A stretch of DNA of 64,000 nt from Eledone cirrhosa (taxonomy: Eukaryota), in the NCBI GenBank assembly GCA_964016885.1, contig OZ024741.1:210862001-210926000 (forward strand), given 5' to 3'. The translations under genes and the position numbers were made by a program. Positions 53,001 to 64,000 of the stretch are shown here, in pieces. Each line of letters opens with the position of its first letter. Position 1 is the first letter of the stretch. Under the pieces are notes generated by a model. The model was not told the origin of the DNA and did not search any database. It saw only the letters and a program-made list of their open reading frames with translations.

Positions 53001-56000
53001 CAGTCCACTGTCTCAGCCACAGTCCACTGTCTCAGTCTCAGTCCACTGTCTCAGCCTCAGTCCACCTATCTCAGCCACAGTCCACTGTCTCAACCACAGT
53101 CCACTGTCTCAGCCTCAGTTCACCTATCTCAACCACAGTCCACTGTCTCAGCCTCAGTCCACTGTCTCAGCCACAGTCCACCTATCTCAGCCACAGTCCA
53201 CTGTCTCAGCCACAGTCCACCTATCTCAGCCACAGTCCACTGTCTCAGCCACAGTCCACCTATCTCAACCACAGTCCACTGTCTCAGCCTCAGTTCACCT
53301 ATCTCAGCCACAGTCCACTGTCTCAGCCTCAGTCCACTGTCTCAGCCACAGTCCACCTATCTCAACCACAGTCCACTGTCTCTGCCACAGTCCACCTATC
53401 TCAGCCACAGTCCACCTATCTCAGCCACAGTCCACTGTCTCAGCCACAGTCCACCTATCTCAGCGACAGTCCACCTATCTCAGCCACAGTCCACTGTCTC
53501 AGCCACAGTCCACCTATCTCAGTCTCAGTCCACTGTCTCAGCCACAGTCCACTGTCTCAGTCTCAGTCCACCTATCTCAGTCTCAGTCCGCTGTCTCAGC
53601 CACAGTCCACCTATCTCAGCCACAGTCCACTGTCTCAGTCTCAGTCCACCTATCTCAGCCACAGTCCACTGTCTCAGCCTCAGTCCACTGTCTCAGCCAC
53701 AGTCCACTGTCTCAGCCTCAGTCCACTGTCTCAGCCTCAGTCCACCTATCTCAGCCACAGTCCACTGTCTCAGCCTCAGTCCACCTATCTCAGCCACAGT
53801 CCACTGTCTCAGCCACAGTCCACCTATCTCAGCCACAGTCCACTGTCTCAGCCTCAGTCCACTGTCTCAGCCACAGACCACCTATCTCAGTCTCAGTCCA
53901 CTGTCTCAGCCACAGTCCACCTATCTCAGCCACAGTCCACTGTCTCAGCCACAGTCCACTGTCTCAGCCTCAGTCCACTGTCTCAGCCACAGACCACCTA
54001 TCTCAGTCTCAGTCCACTGTCTCAGCCACAGTCCACTGTCTCAGCCACAGTCCACCTATCTCAGCCACAGTCCACTGTCTCAGCCACAGTCCACCTATCT
54101 CAGCCACAGTCCACTGTCTCAGCCACAGTCCACCTATCTCAGCCACAGTCCACTATCTCTGCCTCAGTCCACTGTCTCAGCCACAGACCACCTATCTCAG
54201 TCTCAGTCCACTGTCTCAGCCACAGTCCACTGTCTCAGTCTCAGTCCACTGTCTCAGCCACAGTCCACCTATCTCAGCCACAGTCCACCTATCTCAGCCA
54301 CAGTCCACTGTCTCAGCCACAGTCCACTGTCTCAGCCTCAGTCCACTGTCTCAGCCACAGTCCACCTATCTCAGCCACAGTCCACTGTCTCAGCCACAGT
54401 CCACTGTCTCAGTCTCAGTCCACCTATCTCAGCCACGGTCCACTGTCTCAGCCACAGTCCACCTATCTCAGCCACAGTCCACCTATCTCAGCCACAGTCC
54501 ACTGTCTCAGCCACAGTCCACTGTCTCAGTCTCAGTCCACCTATCTCAGCCACAGTCCACTGTCTCAGCCACAGTCCACCTATCTCAGCCACAGTCCACC
54601 TATCTCAGCCACAGTCCACTGTCTCAGCCACAGACCACCTATCTCAGCCACAGTCCACTGTCTCAGCCTCAGTCCACTGTCTCAGCCACAGTCCACCTAT
54701 CTCAGCCACAGTCCACTGTCTCAGTCTCAGTCCACCTATCTCAGCCACAGTCCACTGTCTCAGCCACAGTCCACCTATCTCAGCCACAGTCCACCTATCT
54801 CAGCCACAGTCCACTGTCTCAGCCACAGTCCACTGTCTCAGTCTCAGTCCACCTATCTCAGCCACTGTCCACTGTCTCAGCCTCAGTCCACTGTCTCAGC
54901 CACAGTCCACTGTCTCAGCCTCAGTCCACTGTCTCAGCCTCAGTCCACCTATCTCAACCACAGTCCACTGTCTCAGCCTCAGTTCACCTATCTCAGCCAC
55001 AGTCCACTGTCTCAGCCACAGTCCACTGTCTCAGCCTCAGTCCACTGTCTCAGCCTCAGTCCACCTATCTCAACCACAGTCCACTGTCTCAGCCACAGTC
55101 CACCTATCTCAGCCACAGTCCACTGTCTCAGCCTCAGTCCACTGTCTCAGCCACAGTCCACCTATCTCAGCCACAGTCCACTGTCTCAGCCACAGTCCAC
55201 TGTCTCAGTCTCAGTCCACCTATCTCAGCCACAGTCCACTGTCTCAGCCACAGTCCACCTATCTCAGCCACAGTCCACCTATCTCAGCCACAGTCCACTG
55301 TCTCAGCCACAGTCCACCTATCTCAGTCTCAGTCCACTGTCTCAGCCACAGTCCACTGTCTCAGTCTCAGTCCACCTATCTCAGCCACAGTCCACTGTCT
55401 CAGCCACAGTCCACCTATCTCAGCCACAGTCCACTGTCTCAGCCACATTCCACCTATCTCAGTCTCAGTCCACTGTCTCAGCCACAGTCCACTGTCTCAG
55501 TCTCAGTCCACCTATCTCAGCCACAGTCCACTGTCTCAGCCACAGTCCACCTATCTCAGCCACAGTCCACCTATCTCAGCCACAGTCCACCTATCTCACC
55601 CTCAGTCCACTGTCTCAGCCACAGTCCACCTATCTCAGCCTCAGTCCACTGTCTCAGCCTCAGTCCACTGTCTCAGCCTCAGTCCACCTATCTCAGCCTC
55701 AGTCCACTGTCTCAGCCTCAGTCCACTGTCTCAGCCTCAGTCCACCTATCTCAGCCACAGTCCACTGTCTCACCCTCAGTCCACCGTCTCAGCCACAGTC
55801 CACTGTCTCAGCCACAGTCCACTGTCTCAGCCACAGTCCACTGTCTCAGCCACAGTCCACTGTCTCAGCCTCAGTTCACCTATCTCAACCACAGTCCACT
55901 GTCTCAGCCTCAGTTCACCTATCTCAACCACAGTCCACTGTCTCAGCCTCAGTCCACTGTCTCAGCCTCAGTTCACCTATCTCAACCACAGTCCACTGTC

Positions 56001-59000
56001 TCAGCCTCAGTCCACTGTCTCAGCCACAGTCCACTGTCTCAGCCACAGTCCACTGTCTCAGCCTCAGTCCACTGTCTCAGCCACAGTCCACTGTCTCAGT
56101 CTCAGTCCACTGTCTCAGCCTCAGTCCACCTATCTCAGCCACAGTCCACTGTCTCAACCACAGTCCACTGTCTCAGCCTCAGTTCACCTATCTCAACCAC
56201 AGTCCACTGTCTCAGCCTCAGTCCACTGTCTCAGCCACAGTCCACTGTCTCAGCCTCAGTCCACTGTCTCAGCCACAGTCCACCTATCTCAGCCACAGTC
56301 CACTGTCTCAGCCACAGTCCACCTATCTCAGCCACAGTCCACTGTCTCAGCCACAGTCCACCTATCTCAGCCACAGTCCACCTATCTCAGCCACAGTCCA
56401 CTGTCTCAGCCACAGTCCACCTATCTCAGTCTCAGTCCACTGTCTCAGCCACAGTCCACTGTCTCAGTCTCAGTACACCTATCTCAGTCTCAGTCCACTG
56501 TCACAGCCACAGTCCACTGTCTCAGTCTCAGTCCACCTATCTCAGTCTCAGTCCACTGTCTCAGCCACAGTCCACCTATCTCAGCCACAGTCCACTGTCT
56601 CAGTCTCAGTCCACTGTCTCAGCCTCAGTCCACCTATCTCAACCACAGTCCACTGTCTCAGCCTCAGTTCACCTATCTCAGCCACAGTCCACTGTCTCAG
56701 CCTCAGTCCACTGTCTCAGCCACAGTCCACTGTCTCAGCCTCAGTCCACTGTCTCAGCCTCAGTCCACCTATCTCAACCACAGTCCACTGTCTCAGCCAC
56801 AGTCCACCTATCTCAGCCACAGTCCACTGTCTCAGCCTCAGTCCACTGTCTCAGCCACAGTCCACCTATCTCAGCCACAGTCCACTGTCTCAGCCACAGT
56901 CCACTGTCTCAGTCTCAGTCCACCTATCTCAGCCACAGTCCACTGTCTCAGCCACATTCCACCTATCTCAGCCACAGTCCACCTATCTCAGCCACAGTCC
57001 ACTGTCTCAGCCACAGTCCACCTATCTCAGTCTCAGTCCACTGTCTCAGCCACAGTCCACTGTCTCAGTCTCAGTCCACCTATCTCAGCCACAGTCCACT
57101 GTCTCAGCCACAGTCCACCTATCTCAGCCACAGTCCACTGTCTCAGCCACATTCCACCTATCTCAGTCTCAGTCCACTGTCTCAGCCACAGTCCACTGTC
57201 TCAGTCTCAGTCCACCTATCTCAGCCACAGTCCACTGTCTCAGCCACAGTCCACCTATCTCAGCCACAGTCCACCTATCTCAGCCACAGTCCACCTATCT
57301 CACCCTCAGTCCACTGTCTCAGCCACAGTCCACCTATCTCAGCCTCAGTCCACTGTCTCAGCCTCAGTCCACTGTCTCAGCCTCAGTCCACCTATCTCAG
57401 CCTCAGTCCACTGTCTCAGCCTCAGTCCACTGTCTCAGCCTCAGTCCACCTATCTCAGCCACAGTCCACTGTCTCACCCTCAGTCCACCGTCTCAGCCAC
57501 AGTCCACTGTCTCAGCCACAGTCCACTGTCTCAGCCACAGTCCACTGTCTCAGCCACAGTCCACTGTCTCAGCCTCAGTTCACCTATCTCAACCACAGTC
57601 CACTGTCTCAGCCTCAGTTCACCTATCTCAACCACAGTCCACTGTCTCAGCCTCAGTCCACTGTCTCAGCCTCAGTTCACCTATCTCAACCACAGTCCAC
57701 TGTCTCAGCCTCAGTCCACTGTCTCAGCCACAGTCCACTGTCTCAGCCACAGTCCACTGTCTCAGCCTCAGTCCACTGTCTCAGCCACAGTCCACTGTCT
57801 CAGTCTCAGTCCACTGTCTCAGCCTCAGTCCACCTATCTCAGCCACAGTCCACTGTCTCAACCACAGTCCACTGTCTCAGCCTCAGTTCACCTATCTCAA
57901 CCACAGTCCACTGTCTCAGCCTCAGTCCACTGTCTCAGCCACAGTCCACCTATCTCAGCCACAGTCCACTGTCTCAGCCACAGTCCACCTATCTCAGCCA
58001 CAGTCCACTGTCTCAGCCACAGTCCACCTATCTCAACCACAGTCCACTGTCTCAGCCTCAGTTCACCTATCTCAGCCACAGTCCACTGTCTCAGCCTCAG
58101 TCCACTGTCTCAGCCACAGTCCACCTATCTCAACCACAGTCCACTGTCTCAGCCACAGTCCACCTATCTCAGCCACAGTCCACCTATCTCAGCCACAGTC
58201 CACTGTCTCAGCCACAGTCCACCTATCTCAGCGACAGTCCACCTATCTCAGCCACAGTCCACTGTCTCAGCCACAGTCCACCTATCTCAGTCTCAGTCCA
58301 CTGTCTCAGCCACAGTCCACTGTCTCAGTCTCAGTCCACCTATCTCAGTCTCAGTCCGCTGTCTCAGCCACAGTCCACCTATCTCAGCCACAGTCCACTG
58401 TCTCAGTCTCAGTCCACCTATCTCAGCCACAGTCCACTGTCTCAGCCTCAGTCCACTGTCTCAGCCACAGTCCACTGTCTCAGCCTCAGTCCACTGTCTC
58501 AGCCTCAGTCCACCTATCTCAGCCACAGTCCACTGTCTCAGCCTCAGTCCACCTATCTCAGCCACAGTCCACTGTCTCAGCCACAGTCCACCTATCTCAG
58601 CCACAGTCCACTGTCTCAGCCTCAGTCCACTGTCTCAGCCACAGACCACCTATCTCAGTCTCAGTCCACTGTCTCAGCCACAGTCCACCTATCTCAGCCA
58701 CAGTCCACTGTCTCAGCCACAGTCCACTGTCTCAGCCTCAGTCCACTGTCTCAGCCACAGACCACCTATCTCAGTCTCAGTCCACTGTCTCAGCCACAGT
58801 CCACTGTCTCAGCCACAGTCCACCTATCTCAGCCACAGTCCACTGTCTCAGCCACAGTCCACCTATCTCAGCCACAGTCCACTGTCTCAGCCACAGTCCA
58901 CCTATCTCAGCCACAGTCCACTATCTCTGCCTCAGTCCACTGTCTCAGCCACAGACCACCTATCTCAGTCTCAGTCCACTGTCTCAGCCACAGTCCACTG

Positions 59001-59600
59001 TCTCAGTCTCAGTCCACTGTCTCAGCCACAGTCCACCTATCTCAGCCACAGTCCACCTATCTCAGCCACAGTCCACTGTCTCAGCCACAGTCCACTGTCT
59101 CAGCCTCAGTCCACTGTCTCAGCCACAGTCCACCTATCTCAGCCACAGTCCACTGTCTCAGCCACAGTCCACTGTCTCAGTCTCAGTCCACCTATCTCAG
59201 CCACGGTCCACTGTCTCAGCCACAGTCCACCTATCTCAGCCACAGTCCACCTATCTCAGCCACAGTCCACTGTCTCAGCCACAGTCCACTGTCTCAGTCT
59301 CAGTCCACCTATCTCAGCCACAGTCCACTGTCTCAGCCACAGTCCACCTATCTCAGCCACAGTCCACCTATCTCAGCCACAGTCCACTGTCTCAGCCACA
59401 GACCACCTATCTCAGCCACAGTCCACTGTCTCAGCCTCAGTCCACTGTCTCAGCCACAGTCCACCTATCTCAGTCACAGTCCACTGTCTCAGTCTCAGTC
59501 CACCTATCTCAGCCACAGTCCACTGTCTCAGCCACAGTCCACCTATCTCAGCCACAGTCCACCTATCTCAGCCACAGTCCACTGTCTCAGCCACAGTCCA
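50050..59600 (+). repeat. Near-identical tandem duplication, offset 4768 bp (largest in the window)
   Basis: TCTCACCCTC 51000/55768 and 52704/57472, CAGTACAC 51703/56471, GCGAC 53463/58231, TCAGTCCG 53583/58351, CCACGG 54433/59201. The offset is 4787 at the left edge because of one extra 19-mer. Confidence 0.92.
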
Positions 59601-62600
59601 CCTATCTCAGTCTCAGTCCACTGTCTCAGCCACAGTCCACTGTCTCAGCCACAGTCCACTGTCTCAGTCTCAGTTCACCTATGTCAGCCACAGTCCACTG
59701 TCTCAGCCACAGTCCACATATCTCAGTCTCAGTCCACTGTCTCAGCCACAGTCCACTGTCTCAGTCTCAGTCCACCTATCTCAGCCACAGTCCACTGTCT
59801 CAGTCTCAGTCCACCTATCTCAGTCTCAGTCCACCTATCTCAGCCACAGTCCACCTATCTCAGCCACAGTCCACCTATCTCAGCCACAGTCCACTGTCTC
59901 AGCCACAGTCCACTGTCTCAGTCTCAGTCCACTTATCTCAGCCACAGTCCACCTATCTCAGCCACAGTCCACTGTCTCAGCCTCAGTCCACCGTCTCAGC
60001 CACAGTCCACTGTCTCAGCCACAGTCCACTGTCTCAGTCTCAGTCCACCTATCTCAGCCACAGTCCACTGTCTCAGCCACAGTCCACCTATCTCAGCCAC
60101 AGTCCACCTATCTCAGCCACAGTCCACTGTCTCAGCCTCAGTCCACCTATCTCAGCCACAGTCCACCTATCTCAGCCTCAGTCCACTGTCTCAGCCTCAG
60201 TCCACCTATCTCAGCCACAGTCCACTGTCTCAGCCACAGTCCACTGTCTCAGCCACAGTCCACCTATCTCAGCCACAGTCCACTGTCTCAGCCACAGTCC
60301 ACTGTCTCAGCCTCAGTCCACCTATCTCAGCCACAGTCCACTGTCTCAGCCTCAGTCCACTGTCTCAGCCACAGTCCACCTATCTCAGCCACAGTCCACT
60401 GTCTCAGCCACAGTCCACTGTCTCAGTCTCAGTCCACCTATCTCAGCCACAGTCCACTGTCTCAGCCACAGTCCACCTATCTCAGCCACAGTCCACCTAT
60501 CTCAGCCACAGTCCACTGTCTCAGCCACAGTCCACCTATCTCAGTCTCAGTCCACTGTCTCAGCCACAGTCCACTGTCTCAGTCTCAGTCCACCTATCTC
60601 AGCCACAGTCCACTGTCTCAGCCACAGTCCACCTATCTCAGCCACAGTCCACTGTCTCAGCCACAGTCCACCTATCTCAGTCTCAGTCCACTGTCTCAGC
60701 CACAGTCCACTGTCTCAGTCTCAGTCCACCTATCTCAGCCACTGTCCACTGTCTCAGCCACAGTCCACCTATCTCAGCCACAGTCCACTGTCTCAGCCAC
60801 AGTCCACCTATCTCAGCCACAGTCCACTGTCTCAGCCACAGACCACCTATCTCAGTCTCAGTCCACTGTCTCAGCCACAGTCCACTGTCTCAGTCTCAGT
60901 CCACCTATCTCAGTCTCAGTCCACTGTCTCAGCCACAGTCCACTGTCTCAGCCTCAGTCCACTGTCTCAGCCACAGTCCACCTATCTCAGCCACAGTCCA
61001 CTGTCTCAGCCACAGTCCACCTATCTCAGCCACAGTCCACTGTCTCAGCCTCAGTCCACTGTCTCAGCGACAGTCCACCTATCTCAGCCACAGTCCACCT
61101 ATCTCAGCCACAGTCCACTGTCTCAGCCACAGTCCACTGTCTCAGCCTCAGTCCACTGTCTCAGCCACAGTCCACCTATCTCAGCCACAGTCCACTGTCT
61201 CAGCCACAGTCCACTGTCTCAGCTTCAGTCCACCTATCTCAGCCACAGTCCACTGTCTCAGCCTCAGTCCACTGTCTCAGCCACAGTCCACTGTCTCAGC
61301 CTCAGTCCACTGTCTCAGCCTCAGTCCACCTATCTCAGCCACAGTCCACTGTCTCAGCCACAGTCCACCTATCTCAGCCACAGTCCACCTATCTCAGCCA
61401 CAGTCCACTGTCTCAGCCACAGTCCACCTATCTCAGTCTCACTCCACCTATCGCAGCCTCAGTCCACTGTCTCAGCCTCAGTCCACTGTCTCAGCCACAG
61501 TCCACTGTCTCAGTCTCAGTCCACCTATCTCAGCCACAGTCCACCTATCTCAGCCACAGTCCACTGTCTCAGCCTCAGTCCACTGTCTCAGCCACAGTCC
61601 ACTGTCTCAGTCTCAGTCCACTGTCTCAGTCTCAGTGCACCTATCGCAGCCTCAGTCCACTGTCTCAGCCACAGTCCACTGTCTCAGCCACAGTCCACTG
61701 TCTCAGTCTCAGTCCACTTATCTCAGCCACAGTCCAGCTATCTCAGCCACAGTCCACTGTCTCAGCCTCAGTCCACCGTCTCAGCCACAGTCCACCTATC
61801 TCAGTCTCAGTCCACTGTCTCAGTCTCAGTCCACCTATCTCAGCCACAGTCCACTGTCTCAGCCTCAGTCCACCTATCTCAGTCTCAGTCCACTGTCTCA
61901 GTCTCAGTCCACCTATCTCAGCCACAGTCCACTGTCTCAGCCACAGTCCACCTATCTCAGCCACAGTCCACTGTCTCAGCCTCAGTCCACCTATCTCAGC
62001 CACAGTCCACCTATCTCAGCCTCAGTCCATCTATCTCAGCCACAGTCCACTGTCTCAGCCTCAGTCCACCTATCTCAGCCACAGTCCACTGTCTCAGCCT
62101 CAGTCCACTGTCTCAGCCACAGTCCACTGGCTCAGCCTAAGTCCACTGTCTCAGCCTCAGTCCACCTATCTCAGCCACAGTCCACTGTCTCAGCCACAGT
62201 CCACTGTCTCAGCCACAGTCCACTGTCTCAGCCTCAGTCCACTGTCTCAGCCACAGTCCACCTATCTCAGCCACAGTCCACTGTCTCAGCCTCAGTCCAC
62301 TGTCTCATCCTCAGTCCACTGTCTCAGCCTCAGTCCACCTATCTCAGCCACAGTCCACTGTCTCAGCCACAGTCCACTGTCTCAGCCACAGTCCACTGTC
62401 TCAGCCTCAGTCCACTGTCTCAGCCACAGTCCACCTATCTCAGCCACAGTCCACTGTCTCTGCCACAGTCCACTGTCTCAGCCACAGTCCACTGTCTCAG
62501 CCTCAGTCCACTGTCTCAGCCTCAGTCCACCTATCTCAGCCACAGTCCACTGTCTCAGCCACAGTCCACTGTCTCAGCCACAGTCCACTGTCTCAGCCTC

Positions 62601-64000
62601 AGTCCACTGTCTCAGCCACAGTCCACCTATCTCAGCCACAGTCCACTGTCTCAGCCTCAGTCCACTGTCTCAGCCACAGTCCACCTATCTCAGCCACAGT
62701 CCACTGTCTCAGCCACAGTCCACTGTCTCAGCCACAGTCCACTGTCTCAGCCTCAGTCCACTGTCTAAGTCTCAGTCTACCTATCTCAGCCACAGTCCAC
62801 TGTCTCAGCCTCAGTCCACCTATCTCAGCCACAGTCCACTGTCTCAGCCTCAGTCCACCTATCTCAGCCACAGTCCACTGTCTCAGCCACAGTCCACTGT
62901 CTCAGCCACAGTCCACTGTCTCAGCCTCAGTCCACTGTCTCAGCCACAGTCCACCTATCTCAGCCACAGTCCACTGTCTCAGCCTCAGTCCACTGTCTCA
63001 GCCACAGTCCACCTATCTCAGCCACAGTCCACTGTCTCAGCCTCAGTCCACCTATCTCAGCCACAGTCCACCTATCTCAGCCTCAGTCCATCTATCTCAG
63101 CCACAGTCCACTGTCTCAGCCTCAGTCCACCTATCTCAGCCACAGTCCACTGTCTCAGCCTCAGTCCACTGTCTCAGCCACAGTCCACTGGCTCAGCCTA
63201 AGTCCACTGTCTCAGCCTCAGTCCACCTATCTCAGCCACAGTCCACTGTCTCAGCCACAGTCCACTGTCTCAGCCACAGTCCACTGTCTCAGCCTCAGTC
63301 CACTGTCTCAGCCACAGTCCACCTATCTCAGCCACAGTCCACTGTCTCAGCCTCAGTCCACTGTCTCATCCTCAGTCCACTGTCTCAGCCTCAGTCCACC
63401 TATCTCAGCCACAGTCCACTGTCTCAGCCACAGTCCACTGTCTCAGCCACAGTCCACTGTCTCAGCCTCAGTCCACTGTCTCAGCCACAGTCCACCTATC
63501 TCAGCCACAGTCCACTGTCTCTGCCACAGTCCACTGTCTCAGCCACAGTCCACTGTCTCAGCCTCAGTCCACTGTCTCAGCCTCAGTCCACCTATCTCAG
63601 CCACAGTCCACTGTCTCAGCCACAGTCCACTGTCTCAGCCACAGTCCACTGTCTCAGCCTCAGTCCACTGTCTCAGCCACAGTCCACCTATCTCAGCCAC
63701 AGTCCACTGTCTCAGCCTCAGTCCACTGTCTCAGCCACAGTCCACCTATCTCAGCCACAGTCCACTGTCTCAGCCACAGTCCACTGTCTCAGCCACAGTC
63801 CACTGTCTCAGCCTCAGTCCACTGTCTCAGTCTCAGTCCACCTATCTCAGCCACAGTCCACTGTCTCAGCCTCAGTCCACCTATCTCAGCCACAGTCCAC
63901 TGTCTCAGCCTCAGTCCACCTATCTCAGCCACAGTCCACTGTCTCAGCCACAGTCCACCGTCTCAGCCACAGTCCACTGTCTCAGCCTCAGTCCACTGTC
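58141..64000 (+). repeat. Domain D: sub-array lacking the CAACC/TTCAC signature, with scattered singleton variants
   Basis: No TCTCAACC seen after ~58135. Singletons or pairs include CCACATA (~59714), TCTCACTCC (~61437), TCGCAG (61451, 61644) and CCAGCTA (~61734). Confidence 0.75.
61930..64000 (+). repeat. Tandem duplication, offset 1061 bp
   Basis: CTCAGTCCAT 62021/63082, GGCTCAGCCTAAG 62129/63190, TGTCTCATCC 62301/63362, TGCCAC 62461/63522. Confidence 0.9.

Larger units (their letters stand above)
21168..58140 (+). repeat. Domain B/C: sub-array marked by linked CCTCAGTTCACCTATCTCAACCAC and TCTCACCCTCAGTCCACCGTC variants
   Basis: The TTCAC/CAACC variants become abundant from 21171 and are last common near 58060-58140. 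The TCTCACCCTCAGTCCACCGTC marker occurs 20 times between 22361 and 57472 and I did not see it outside this interval. Confidence 0.85.
1..64000 (+). repeat. Tandem satellite array of mixed 19-bp (TCTCAG-NNN-CAGTCCAC-TG) and 20-bp (TCTCAG-NNN-CAGTCCAC-CTA) monomers, NNN = CCA/CCT/TCT; about 3,300 copies, both ends open
   Basis: Every line parses into these monomers from base 1 to 64000. I saw no inversion, insertion or unique spacer. Copy number is an estimate from length. Confidence 0.99.

Noticed and set aside
22824-62003. Repeated - strand peptides (AEIGGLWLRQWTV) that look like a small repeat-protein family
   Set aside because: They are the translation of alternating 19+20-bp monomers and are duplicated with the surrounding satellite.
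1-64000. CRISPR-like or other repeat-spacer array
   Set aside because: The variable slots are only 2-3 bp with 2-3 states. There are no unique spacers, leader or associated genes.
1-64000. Telomerase-synthesised long-unit telomeric repeat
   Set aside because: It matches no telomere motif I recognise. Kilobase duplications carrying inherited point variants indicate recombination or replication-based growth, not templated addition.
1-64000. Canonical G-quadruplex array or stable hairpin/terminator
   Set aside because: The - strand has GG doublets rather than GGG tracts, and the ACAGT/ACTGT dyad has a 5-bp arm and 2-nt spacer, too weak to call as a structure.
1-64000. Synthetic or purely artefactual sequence
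   Set aside because: The nested, phylogenetically consistent variant sharing is what natural satellite evolution produces. Individual duplications could still be assembly errors and need read support.

Overview
The whole 64-kb window is one uninterrupted, head-to-tail satellite/large minisatellite array that runs off both ends. I see no genes, RNA genes, mobile elements or unique DNA. The monomer is TCTCAG-[CCA|CCT|TCT]-CAGTCCAC-[TG|CTA], i.e. 19 bp (TG) or 20 bp (CTA), roughly 3,300 copies (64000/~19.5), all in one orientation with a C-rich + strand. The ORF track is an artefact: the + strand consensus has no stop triplet in any frame, and the short - strand ORFs only mark runs where 19- and 20-mers alternate (39 bp = 13 codons). 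The real information is the order of monomer variants. It defines domains with private variant sets (A 1-21167; B/C 21168-~58140; D to the end) and a nested hierarchy of duplications (98, 138, 408, 587, 757, 1061, 1546, 1708, 1968, ~2.7 kb, 3079, 4121 and 4768 bp offsets, measured by eye from rare marker variants). Organism and function (centromeric, subtelomeric or neutral) cannot be determined from the sequence. A eukaryotic origin is an inference from array size. I found no support for a novel protein-coding or CRISPR-like system.
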